Shown: positions 8,246 to 16,943 of the stretch, one piece after another
Numbering within the stretch: position 1 is the stretch's first letter
How the letters are laid out: each line of letters begins with the position of its first letter
Assembly (NCBI GenBank): GCA_030656075.1
Contig: JAUSOT010000047.1
Coordinates: 10 to 64,009, forward strand
Length of the DNA stretch: 64,000 nt
Source of the DNA: Candidatus Cloacimonadales bacterium
GTDB taxonomy: Bacteria > Cloacimonadota > Cloacimonadia > Cloacimonadales > TCS61
Reading direction: 5' to 3'
Position numbers and translations under genes: made by a program
The notes under the pieces: generated by a model
What the model was told of the DNA's origin: nothing
What the model saw: only the letters and a program-made list of their open reading frames with translations
Database searches by the model: none

Positions 8246-10257
8246 TATAAATCTCCACCTATGGTTTTTGCGATTACTAACGGAGCAATTATTTCCGCTC
8301 CAATTTTTGTAAACATTTTTGCTATTTCTTTTATTGTTGCTCCGCTGTCAAAGATGTCGTCGATCAATAAAATCTTCTTCCCAAAAATTTCCGCTTCATT
8401 TTCATAAGAAAAAACATCTTTCACATTATCCCGCTTCAAAACATAATTCTGAAAGATTTTCTGGGGTTTTGTATGATGCACTTTCTTTAATTTATCTGAA
8501 AACGGAAACCTCAAAGTGCGAGCAATTTTATAAGCAAAATTTTTCACGAGATCACCGGATTCCGTGGGCGGAACATACACGATTAGATCGAATTTTTCAT
8601 CTTCGAATTTATGTCTGAAAGCTCGCAAAGTCAGAATTAACAGATGATTGGGGAAATCTCCACCCTTCTCATATTTACAGCGATGAATGATCGCTCCCAC
8701 ATTGGAAAATCCATAATACGAAGCTGCGATTCCATTCACAATATTGGAACTTCCCGTTTCGACTTCCAGTTCGGGATAAAAATCTTGCTGGAATTTCCGT
8801 ATTCTTGCTTTCCAATAATTATCAGGAAAATACTGTGGATTTCGTTGCAGACAATTGTTACAATTATCACATTTCTTTACCGAATCATCTCCGAGATAAC
8901 TACAGAGAAAATCCATTCGGCACTCTGTAGATTCGCAATAATTTACCATTTGATCAAGTTCGTTCATCTTAAAATCGCGAAGTTTTTCAAAAGACTCGAT
9001 ATCCAGTTGGGAAGCACCAAATTGATACTCGTATTTTTTATCGCGGCCATACATCACTTCCCTGATAATGCCCTGATCGATCAAATCCGCTCTGATCACA
9101 CGAACTTGCGTCTGCGTCAGATTGGTTTTCCTCATCAAATTCCATTCACCGAGCGGTTCTTTCTTCAAGGCTTCGATAACTTTTTCATATTTTTTCAGCG
9201 AAGGACGGCTGTTCTTAATGAAATGCTCCGGCAATTCTTTATCTTCAGGATTATACAGCAGAATGATATTTGTAGGAAGTCCGTCGCGTCCGGCTCGTCC
9301 GATTTCCTGGTAATAATGGATGGGAGATTGCGGCATTTGCGTGTGAATGATGAAACGAACATCCGGCTTGTCGATGCCCATTCCGAGAGCATTTGTAGAA
9401 ACGATACATTTCCAGCGATTTTCCTGCAAACCATTCTCGATATCTTTGCGCGAATCGGAATCTAAACCTGCATTATAATTGGCAGCGCTGATATTTTCCG
9501 ATTGCAGCCAGGCAGCATACAAATCGGTATTCACTCTCGTTCCCGTGTAGATGAGACCGTTTCCTGCCTGTTTTTGCAGGAATTGTGCAATCCAGGCCAT
9601 TTTGGAAATTTCATCATCCACTTTCACGACGCTCAAATAAAAATTCTTGCGCAGTAAATTTCCCCTGATCAGAGAAACATTTCTACCTATTTGTTGAATA
9701 ATATCATCGGCAACTTTCTGTGTCGCAGTTGCTGTAGTTGCCAGCACCGGAAAGTTTTCGGGAAGCAGCCGAACCAAGCTGATTATACGCATGAAAGCGG
9801 GTCGGAAATCGTGTCCCCAAACCGAGATACAATGCGCTTCATCGACCACGACCATGGAAAGATTCATCATCCGTACCGCTTCCGTCCACTGCTGATTTTC
9901 CTGTCTTTCCGGTGCGATGTAGAGGATCTTTATTTTTCCATTTACAGCATTTTCCAGTATTTCTGTGTTTTCTTCCGCTTCCTGTCCGCTGTTTATACAT
10001 TCGCAGTTGATTCCAATGGATTTCAGATATTTCACCTGATCTCGCATTAAAGCGATCAAAGGTGAGAAGATGATCGTCATTCCTTCAAATTGGGTTGCCG
10101 GAAATTGATAGCATAACGATTTCCCGAAACCTGTTTTCTCGATTAAGAGTATTCTCTCACCATTCAGGATTCGTTCTATCGTTTTCCATTGATCGTCGTA
10201 GAAATGATCGAGGTTGAAGCTTTGTTTTAGTTTTTGTTCTGCTTCGGGTCTGGTCAT
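8245..10257 (-). CDS. RecQ-family DNA helicase fused to a C-terminal ComF-type phosphoribosyltransferase domain
   Basis: N-terminal motifs are TGFGKSLCYQ (motif I), VVDEAHCISVWGHDFRP (DEAH), TATAT and QEIGRAGRDG, plus a Zn-binding CxxxC..CDNCNNC. The C-terminal ~190 aa have IVYVPPTESGD and the PRTase loop KKILLIDDIFDSGATIKE. Confidence 0.8.
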   Translation of the reverse strand: MTRPEAEQKLKQSFNLDHFYDDQWKTIERILNGERILLIEKTGFGKSLCYQFPATQFEGMTIIFSPLIALMRDQVKYLKSIGINCECINSGQEAEENTEILENAVNGKIKILYIAPERQENQQWTEAVRMMNLSMVVVDEAHCISVWGHDFRPAFMRIISLVRLLPENFPVLATTATATQKVADDIIQQIGRNVSLIRGNLLRKNFYLSVVKVDDEISKMAWIAQFLQKQAGNGLIYTGTRVNTDLYAAWLQSENISAANYNAGLDSDSRKDIENGLQENRWKCIVSTNALGMGIDKPDVRFIIHTQMPQSPIHYYQEIGRAGRDGLPTNIILLYNPEDKELPEHFIKNSRPSLKKYEKVIEALKKEPLGEWNLMRKTNLTQTQVRVIRADLIDQGIIREVMYGRDKKYEYQFGASQLDIESFEKLRDFKMNELDQMVNYCESTECRMDFLCSYLGDDSVKKCDNCNNCLQRNPQYFPDNYWKARIRKFQQDFYPELEVETGSSNIVNGIAASYYGFSNVGAIIHRCKYEKGGDFPNHLLILTLRAFRHKFEDEKFDLIVYVPPTESGDLVKNFAYKIARTLRFPFSDKLKKVHHTKPQKIFQNYVLKRDNVKDVFSYENEAEIFGKKILLIDDIFDSGATIKEIAKMFTKIGAEIIAPLVIAKTIGGDL

Positions 10258-10551
10258 AGAATTATTTTTTTACAACGAACAATGACGAACTGTTTTAAGT
10301 CTTTGTTCATCTTATTCCCAAATTGCATTTGGGAATATAATTGAATTAGAATTTTCATTTCGGTTTTTTTTCAAAGATTATTTATATCTTTCACGCTAAT
10401 TCTATCAACATTTAATCCATATCCCAGTATAACTTTTCCCCAAAATTGCATTCCCACTCGTCCCGAAGGCTTTCGGGAGGAATGAGGAGAAATACTTATT
10501 TCTTGATAAGAATCCATTTTGCCACTCTCTATCAATATTATCCAAAAAAGA

Positions 10552-10956
10552 TTAGACTTTTTCCAGCCAACAATCTTTTTCATCTTTTATTAATTCTTTC
10601 ATCTCCGCCAAATCTATATCAGATAATTTCCCAATTTCATTCAGGAAAGTATAGAAATTAATAAAGCCGGCAATAAATTCTCGAATCGTAGATTTAGTAA
10701 CTAAACTTGCTTTTCTGATGAAGAAATCTCCCAAAAAATAGCCGATATGTTTGGCTCCGTTTTGAGCAGGAATTATTTCATTGCGGAGAAGAAAAGTGTT
10801 TATATATAACTCGATATTAGCCCGGTGATTTTTTATTATCTTTGATTTCAGTTTTTGGCTTTTTAACCTTTGTCCAAATTCCAGCAGCAAATCATGGTTG
10901 ATTTTCTTCTCAACTTCTACTTGATTTTCCCATTCGATATATTCTTTGTTTTCCAT
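10552..10956 (-). CDS. hypothetical protein (faint resemblance to integrase SAM-like N-terminal domain)
   Basis: 134-aa ORF starting immediately after the MNT stop codon with no gap. No catalytic motif recognised. Confidence 0.4.
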   Translation of the reverse strand: MENKEYIEWENQVEVEKKINHDLLLEFGQRLKSQKLKSKIIKNHRANIELYINTFLLRNEIIPAQNGAKHIGYFLGDFFIRKASLVTKSTIREFIAGFINFYTFLNEIGKLSDIDLAEMKELIKDEKDCWLEKV

Positions 10957-11277
10957 TTATTTTCCTTTCTTATTCATCACGAAAAAAATCTTTCCTTCTT
11001 CTTCGATGTGCTCGATCAAGTCACTATTTGAGATAGAGTTGAAATCCACAACATCAAAGAAATATGGCAGAGGAAGTTCTTCATTTAAAAGATCGGAAAA
11101 ACGTTTTATCGTTACATCAGTAACATCATTTCCAAAAACTGCTAAATCGACATCAGATCCATTTTTGAAATTTCCCATAGCTCTGGAACCAAAAATTACG
11201 ATTTTTTCTATTTCAGGAAATTCCCGAATTGCTTTGATAATATTATCAATATCCCTGATCTTTAATCCAAATTTCAT
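10957..11277 (-). CDS. minimal nucleotidyltransferase (MNT/MntA-type antitoxin)
   Basis: 106 aa with the motif IFGSRAMGNFKNGSDVDLAV (GSx10DxD). Confidence 0.8.
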   Translation of the reverse strand: MKFGLKIRDIDNIIKAIREFPEIEKIVIFGSRAMGNFKNGSDVDLAVFGNDVTDVTIKRFSDLLNEELPLPYFFDVVDFNSISNSDLIEHIEEEGKIFFVMNKKGK

Positions 11278-11672
11278 TTCTGAGATTCCATAAAATCGAA
11301 AAATTTCCTCATTTCAGGATAATATTTGGTTTTAATTATGTTCGTAATTTTTAGAGCCGTTTCTTCATCATAAGTGTGAGCTGTGAGGTTCCTGTCGTTC
11401 AAAGCATCGATCCAAATATGACCGTCTTGAATCAAATTAGATTGCATAGCTTGTTTTATTGAATCACGAGGACTTTGCAAAATGAATCCCTTAGCCTCTA
11501 GATAATCCTTCATCAGTTTCCAGGAAAGTTCAAACGCCATTTCAAAAAACTGAATTACTCCTGCCCGTTCAAGTTCGTTAGGTTCAGTAATATCGACGTA
11601 TTTTTCCAGTAGTGAAAAAGCTTTTTCGAAATTCTGAAATCTCTGTTTCCAGCGAATTTCTTTTCCGTTCAT
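11274..11672 (-). CDS. HEPN-domain protein, HI0074-type nucleotidyltransferase substrate-binding family (HepT-like toxin)
   Basis: 132 aa. Family-typical W.QRF.NF.KA..L and the R(x4-6)H-like motif RNLTAHTY. Overlaps the MNT gene by 4 nt. Confidence 0.8.
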   Translation of the reverse strand: MNGKEIRWKQRFQNFEKAFSLLEKYVDITEPNELERAGVIQFFEMAFELSWKLMKDYLEAKGFILQSPRDSIKQAMQSNLIQDGHIWIDALNDRNLTAHTYDEETALKITNIIKTKYYPEMRKFFDFMESQK

Positions 11673-11686
11673 GTAAACTCCTTATC

Positions 11687-13354
11687 TTACACTTTCCCTT
11701 GAACTTCCTTTTCCACCAGCAAAGCAATATTATTCACTTTTTCAAGGAGTGTGTCGGCTTTGGTCAGAATGTCAAACTTGAACCTTTCATCTTCGATGCT
11801 GCCCATATTTATCTTCACATTCAGGTAAGCTGACTTTGCCGCCGCATTAGCTGTGATCGCTGCTACTCCTGCATCGGAAAGCGCATTGGCATTGCCTATT
11901 TTAGCAACTTTAGCTGCAAGTTCAACCGCTTCCATTGCAATTCTCAGGGTTTCCAAAGGAACCAGGATGGCATTCTTGGTAGTTTCCTGAATTACTTTAT
12001 CGCGGATTTTCTTTTCTTCTTCGGTTGTTTTGGGAAGGCGCATTGCATCCATCATAGCATAAAATGCCTGTGTGTCGGTATCGATTGCCATCATAGATCG
12101 CTCTTTTATATTCTGCCCGATTTCTGCCAGTTCTCTGGCTTCATCCCAGACTTTTTCATAGCCTTTTTTACCGAAAGTTAGATTGGAAACCATGGCAGAA
12201 AGCGCTCCCGACATCGAAGAACAAAGAGCTGCCACACTTCCGCCGCCCGGAGCAGGTGAATCTGAGGAAAGTTCATCAGCGAATTCCGTCAAAGTCATAT
12301 TCACCAAATTATCTTTTTTGGCGATGGCGTATTCGATCACTTTTTCGTTTATGTCAAAATCGGATAGATCATCCAAGCCCATGGATTGAACAGCAGTTTC
12401 GATGATCATTTTCTCAGGAATGCCGGCACTCTCGCCCAGGCGGTTCAGGTAATATTTTCCGGCCATCAGGATCGCTTCTTTGGGAATGAGACCAACCAGT
12501 TCACTGCCGGTGATTTGAATGCCTTTTTCCTTGGCTAGTTCACGAACTTTTTCCAGTACCAGATGCGGAGGAGTAACTTTGTAATTGGTTAAATTGATGC
12601 TGATCTGAGCCCTGTTATATTCAGCGATATACCAGCCGACGGCTTTACAGTTTTTGAATAAACCCGGTTCCATCAATTTATTGCCGTCTTTATCCCTCAT
12701 GATCTTGTTATTTGCATCTCGTTTGACTTGCCCTTTTTCACGAATGGAAAGCGCCAGATCATGCGCTTTCTTCTGATCGCGGGAATTCAGATTGATGTTG
12801 TAAGCGATCAGGAATTCACGTGCGGAAACGGCAGTAGCTCCGGCTTTGGGATTAAATTTGTGCGGACCGTAATCCGGTTTCCATTCCGGTTTTCCTTCCC
12901 GGTCTTTCAAGCCTTCATACTCGCCTTTGCGCACTTCCGCCAGGTTTTTCCAAAGCGGTTTGGTGGCAGCATATTCATACATGTAAACCGGAATCCCCAG
13001 TTCTTCTCCCACTCGCTTTCCAACTTTGTGGGCAAATTCCACGCAGTCATCCATGGTTACGCCGCTCACAGGAACGAAAGGACAGACATCCGTTGCACCC
13101 ATGCGGGGATGAGCGCCGCTGTGTTTGGTCATGTCGATCAGTTCGGATGCTTTTTTGATAGCTTGAAAAGCCGCTTCCATCACCGGTTCCGGCTCGCCAA
13201 CTATAGTCACAACGGTTCTGTTTGTATCGGCACCCGGATCGACATCCAGCAGCGTTACGCCATCCACCGCTTTGATAGTTTCCGAAATGGCATCCAATAT
13301 TTTATGATCGCGTCCTTCACTGAAATTCGGTACGCATTCTACGATTCGCATCAC
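11687..13354 (-). CDS. ftcD: glutamate formiminotransferase-cyclodeaminase (bifunctional)
   Basis: 555 aa. N-terminus IVECVPNFSEGRD, with a C-terminal cyclodeaminase domain (SDSPAPGGGSVAAL). Confidence 0.85.
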   Translation of the reverse strand: MMRIVECVPNFSEGRDHKILDAISETIKAVDGVTLLDVDPGADTNRTVVTIVGEPEPVMEAAFQAIKKASELIDMTKHSGAHPRMGATDVCPFVPVSGVTMDDCVEFAHKVGKRVGEELGIPVYMYEYAATKPLWKNLAEVRKGEYEGLKDREGKPEWKPDYGPHKFNPKAGATAVSAREFLIAYNINLNSRDQKKAHDLALSIREKGQVKRDANNKIMRDKDGNKLMEPGLFKNCKAVGWYIAEYNRAQISINLTNYKVTPPHLVLEKVRELAKEKGIQITGSELVGLIPKEAILMAGKYYLNRLGESAGIPEKMIIETAVQSMGLDDLSDFDINEKVIEYAIAKKDNLVNMTLTEFADELSSDSPAPGGGSVAALCSSMSGALSAMVSNLTFGKKGYEKVWDEARELAEIGQNIKERSMMAIDTDTQAFYAMMDAMRLPKTTEEEKKIRDKVIQETTKNAILVPLETLRIAMEAVELAAKVAKIGNANALSDAGVAAITANAAAKSAYLNVKINMGSIEDERFKFDILTKADTLLEKVNNIALLVEKEVQGKV

Positions 13355-13390
13355 TTTCCTCCGAATATATTTTTTTTATTAATTCTTCTT

Positions 13391-13592
13391 ACCTTCCGAA
13401 CGGCTGAAACAAAGTTGAGAACCTTCGGAACGGTGAAAAGATCATCATCACCAACCGTTGCCAAGGTTCTCGTGAACTCGACCGTTTGCAAGGTTTTAAT
13501 TCACCTTCCGAACGGCTGGAAGACCTTCGGAACGGTGAAGCAAAAATCATCTCCAACCGTTCGCAAGGTTCTGCGATCGTTGCGAAGGTTTC
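13391..13592. repeat. two tandem ~100-nt REP-like composite units (hairpin CACCTTCCGAACGG..CCTTCGGAACGGTG plus two AACCGTTGCCAAGGTT-type boxes)
   Basis: Unit 1 is 13391-13495 and unit 2 is 13502-13592. Both are highly similar to 14165-14261. Unit 2 overlaps the RAYT stop codon. Confidence 0.8.
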
Positions 13593-14154
13593 ACATATCA
13601 TTATCAATTAAATAATCCTCAATTCCTTTTGCACTAAATTCATATTCTTTCATTAACTTTTCATATTCCTCAAAACTATCATAATTTTCATCAAAATAAT
13701 TCCAACTAAACAATTCAGATTTTCTTTTTCCAATGAATTCCAAATAATTTGAATAAGGCCAAGCTTCAAGTTTTTTTACTAAATTTGCTTTAACTGGATT
13801 GTAATGAATGTAATTAACAATTCTACTGAGATATGATTGATTATCAATAATTCTTGTTTTCGCTTTTCCCTCAAAAAGTGTACCATTTCTATTTTCTCTA
13901 TGATTGATAATTTGCACGTAAGGATTGAAAATGTATTTTATCCAGTTGGATGCCGGCTTATCTGTTAACTGCTTAACCAGCAGATGATAATGATTTGGCA
14001 TTAAACAAAATGCGATAATATCAATACCGCTTTTTTCTTTTGAATCTATCATTCTACTGATTAAAAGATTGTAGTCTTCTTCGTAAAAGAAAATTGGTTC
14101 TTTATTGCATCCTCTGTTATAAATATGGTAAAATCCAAATTGCTCAAAAATCAT
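13591..14154 (-). CDS. REP-associated tyrosine transposase (RAYT; IS200/IS605 Y1 HUH family)
   Basis: 187 aa. HUH motif in MPNHYHLLV and catalytic-Tyr region VNYIHYNPVKANLV. The coding sequence is more AT-rich than the flanks. Confidence 0.8.
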   Translation of the reverse strand: MIFEQFGFYHIYNRGCNKEPIFFYEEDYNLLISRMIDSKEKSGIDIIAFCLMPNHYHLLVKQLTDKPASNWIKYIFNPYVQIINHRENRNGTLFEGKAKTRIIDNQSYLSRIVNYIHYNPVKANLVKKLEAWPYSNYLEFIGKRKSELFSWNYFDENYDSFEEYEKLMKEYEFSAKGIEDYLIDNDM

Positions 14155-14164
14155 ATTGTATCCT

Positions 14165-14261
14165 CACCTTCCGAACGGCTGGAAGACCTTCGGAACGGTG
14201 AAAAGATCATCATCACCAACCGTTGCCAAGGTTCTCGTAAACTCGACCGTTTGCAAGGTTT
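14165..14261. repeat. REP-like composite unit upstream of the RAYT gene, in the same orientation as the downstream units
   Basis: CACCTTCCGAACGGCTGGAAGACCTTCGGAACGGTGAAAAGATCATCATCACCAACCGTTGCCAAGGTTCTCGTAAACTCGACCGTTTGCAAGGTTT. It is near-identical to parts of 13391-13592. Confidence 0.8.
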
Positions 14262-14289
14262 CAAGATATTTAATAAGTCTATCCATTCT

Positions 14290-15501
14290 TTAATCCGCTC
14301 CGGTTTCTACTTTTGCTTCACCTGCTTTGAAGAGAGCAACTTTTGCCAGCACCGGTCCGATCAGCATGATGATGAAAGTCGTGGCAGTCATCACTCCGAT
14401 GACCTGGGCAGCTTCCAAATGCATATTCATTTTTTCCAACGAATGAGTGGCAGCTAAAGCCAAACCAATAGCAACTCCGGCTTGAGAAAGCAGGGTAAAA
14501 CCAAGATATTTAATCGTATTTTCCGGAGCTTTGGAAATCTTGGCTCCGAGATAAGCTCCGCTCCATTTTCCGATAGAACGCGATAAAATATAAACTGCGA
14601 TCAGAATTGAATATGTCGTGATCAGAGTAAAATCCAACCTCGTGCCGATAAGCACAAAAAACCAGACGTAAATGGGAGGTGACCAGTCACCCAGAGAAGA
14701 GAATATTTTACCGGCAACCAGTTTGTTCTTGTTCACAGCCACAATACCTGCAGCCATGTTCAGCAGGATCGGGGAAATCTGCAATTTCCCGGAAATACCG
14801 CAATTCAAGAGAATTAGAGCCAGAGTAAAAATTAAAAGAGAGGTTCTGTCGTGCAGCTTTCTTCCCACTAACACCAGCACGAATCCTACAACCACTCCTA
14901 TCCCGATGGCCAAAGCCACTTCCAATCCGGCATGCAATAGAGAATGTCCAATGGAAACATCTGCTGCACCACCCAGAAAGATGATGGCGATCGGCAGGGA
15001 AACTGTGTAGATCAATAAGGCATAAATATCGTCCAATCCCATCACGGCATAAAGTGTTGTCGTCAGGTTGCCTTTAGCTTTGTATTGGCGGATCACATCG
15101 ACCGTACCGGCTGGAGCAGTTGCCGAGGCTAAAGCACCGTAGATGATTCCCAGAGGAATGTTTTTCAAGACAAGCGCTGTGGCAATTGCCACCAAAATGA
15201 AAGTCATTGTCGCTTCAAAAATAACAATTACAATGATCGATTTACCCAGTTTTTTTAATTCATTAAAGCGTAATTCTCCCCCGATCCCAAATCCCAGAAA
15301 AGAAAGCGTGAGAGTGTTGATAATGTCCATTGAGACGATCTGCTGGCTGCTGACAAGGTTCAAAACCGCTGGTCCTAAAATGGCGCCGGCGACAATATAT
15401 CCGACTATAAGAGGTGATTTTAGCAGGGTGGCACCTCGCGAAAACAGGAGGGCTGCCAGGGCGGAGATTCCCAGAAATATCATTAAATAATCACTACTCA
15501 T
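14290..15501 (-). CDS. cation:proton antiporter (CPA2 / Kef-type membrane domain)
   Basis: 403 aa and polytopic. N-terminus LLKSPLIVGYIVAGAILGP and a GGELRFNELKK loop are typical of the Na+/H+ exchanger family. Confidence 0.8.
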   Translation of the reverse strand: MSSDYLMIFLGISALAALLFSRGATLLKSPLIVGYIVAGAILGPAVLNLVSSQQIVSMDIINTLTLSFLGFGIGGELRFNELKKLGKSIIVIVIFEATMTFILVAIATALVLKNIPLGIIYGALASATAPAGTVDVIRQYKAKGNLTTTLYAVMGLDDIYALLIYTVSLPIAIIFLGGAADVSIGHSLLHAGLEVALAIGIGVVVGFVLVLVGRKLHDRTSLLIFTLALILLNCGISGKLQISPILLNMAAGIVAVNKNKLVAGKIFSSLGDWSPPIYVWFFVLIGTRLDFTLITTYSILIAVYILSRSIGKWSGAYLGAKISKAPENTIKYLGFTLLSQAGVAIGLALAATHSLEKMNMHLEAAQVIGVMTATTFIIMLIGPVLAKVALFKAGEAKVETGAD

Positions 15502-15506
15502 TTTTA

Positions 15507-15821
15507 TTAATATACCTTATGAATGGGAAGCAAGAATATATTCCCGATTTCATCTTTCACAAAATTTATGCCGGAATGTTTCAATTCTGCCAGCATAAAT
15601 TCAACTTCCTGCTCTTCCGCCACTGCCATGATGATCCTGCCGTAGCTTTTCTCAGAACCGTATGTATTACGGAAGCCGGCAAAGATTGGATTATCAAAAG
15701 TGAGTTTGTGTCCCAATGATTCCCCGGACAGCACGATGGGATTGGAAATTCCAGCTTCAGCAAGTGCCATTAATACATCATCGACATATTTTTCTTTATT
15801 TATCTGTAAAACCATGTACAT
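15507..15821 (-). CDS. small hypothetical protein, possibly with a PII-like beta-alpha-beta-beta-alpha-beta fold
   Basis: 104 aa, 5 nt upstream of the antiporter gene. The alternating pattern (VLQINKEK / VDDVLMALAEAG / RIIMAVAEE / EVEFMLAELKHSG) suggests a ferredoxin-like fold, but the fold assignment is a guess. Confidence 0.35.
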   Translation of the reverse strand: MYMVLQINKEKYVDDVLMALAEAGISNPIVLSGESLGHKLTFDNPIFAGFRNTYGSEKSYGRIIMAVAEEQEVEFMLAELKHSGINFVKDEIGNIFLLPIHKVY

Positions 15822-15961
15822 TTTCTGCTCCTTCGGGCACGGAACCCGATGTAATTTCTATTTTTCCGGTTGCTGTTTGAATTAGAAGATTGTCTCTGGT
15901 GTATTATGAATTTTTTCATTTTAATCTACTAAATGTGCGCTCTCCATCCTTCGGATAGATA

Positions 15962-16423
15962 TTATTTGGTTTCTACAATATTGCGATAGATTTCAGCAGG
16001 TGATTCGGCAGAGAGCAGTTTTTCCACGAATTCCTTATTTTTTAAACGCAGAACAAGGCGGGAAAGAAGCTTGATGTAATCTTTGTCCTGCTTGTCGGAT
16101 GCACCGATCATAAAGATGAGCTTCACCGGTTTATCATCGATGGAGGCATATTCCAAACCTTCCTTTTTGCGGCCCAGGGCGATCACGAAATCCTTCACTG
16201 TTTTATGCCTGGCATGTGGAATAGCAATCTCATAACCAATCCCCGTACTCATCAATTTTTCGCGTTTGAATATCTCTTTACGGAATCTTTTACAATCTGT
16301 GATGAGAGGACTCTCGCAGATCACATCCAGAAGTTCTTCCAGGACAGCTTCTTTGTCATCGCTTATTAGATCAATAATGAAATTTTCATTTATCATATCC
16401 GAAACTTTTAAGATATTTTCCAT
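15962..16423 (-). CDS. PTS EIIA type-2 domain protein (PtsN/fructose-mannitol family)
   Basis: 153 aa with GIGYEIAIPHARH (phosphorylatable His) and LIFMIGAS. Confidence 0.8.
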   Translation of the reverse strand: MENILKVSDMINENFIIDLISDDKEAVLEELLDVICESPLITDCKRFRKEIFKREKLMSTGIGYEIAIPHARHKTVKDFVIALGRKKEGLEYASIDDKPVKLIFMIGASDKQDKDYIKLLSRLVLRLKNKEFVEKLLSAESPAEIYRNIVETK

Positions 16424-16639
16424 AATTCAACTCCAATTTTCTTAAAGATAAAAACTTTAAAATCTTATTCACTAATTAATTGAGACTGGTTAAATCCGGC
16501 AGTTTTAAAGTCAATTTTTTTGTTGAGAAAATTAAAAGTAAACCGGAAAAAGGGAGTAAGGGAATAAGCAAAGACGAGGGAAATTGTCTTTCTGACGTTT
16601 CGTGCACGTTGTTCTCAGGAAGAATCTCAATGTTTCGAA

Positions 16640-16942
16640 TAATCTTCTCATTCCACAGCTTCTGCTTGGGAACGCAATATCATCTTGGGTTATCGTTACT
16701 GGTTCTTTGCAACTCGAAGCTTATTTTATCACCTTCCGAACGGTCTGAACATCTTGAAGAACCTTCCTCTTCTCATTCCTATGCTTCTACTTTGGAATGC
16801 TATAATCAATGATGAAGCTTCGGCTTCATTATCTAAGTAGCTGAAACTGTTCATGTTAGTGCATTACGAATTAGAAAATTCGTAATGAGAAAATTGCTTT
16901 CCAACCGTTGCCAAGGTTCAATGACCGTTGCGAAGGTTTCAT
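16640..16942. repeat. array of short hairpin 'words' downstream of the 978-aa gene
   Basis: Includes CATTACGAAT-TAGAAA-ATTCGTAATG (16862-16887), ATGAAGC-TTCG-GCTTCAT, a CACCTTCCGAACGG-type box (about 16727) and AACCGTTGCCAAGGTT / GACCGTTGCGAAGGTTT (16901-16940). Confidence 0.7.
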
Positions 16943-16943
16943 A

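Noticed and set aside
8644-9465. Long plus-strand ORFs antisense to well-supported minus-strand genes (8644..9465, 12728..13615, 20260..21369, 24145..24723, 44514..45062, 63359..63844). The minus-strand ORFs 36964..37563 and 37873..38442, which lie opposite plus-strand genes, belong to the same group.
   Set aside because: The opposite strand encodes proteins with clear family motifs (RecQ, FTCD, amidohydrolase, DUF1385, NrdJ, LysRS, PHP). The shadow ORFs are low-complexity and lack recognisable motifs.
13389-13607. Small ORFs in the track that lie in repeat-rich spacers (13389..13607, 6945..7148, 48369..48653, 48424..48711, 38132..38368, 10371..10583, 16480..16812)
   Set aside because: Their sequences are simply translations of the hairpin/REP words (e.g. 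HSNAGALERD, SPLTGGE, PTVAKVL). They have no ribosome-binding sites and their 'conservation' is at DNA-repeat level.
15822-15961. Riboswitch (e.g. a cation-responsive leader) upstream of the PII-like/antiporter pair
   Set aside because: Only two short CCGAAGG-containing hairpins are visible. I recognised no conserved riboswitch core, and no terminator/antiterminator alternative is apparent.
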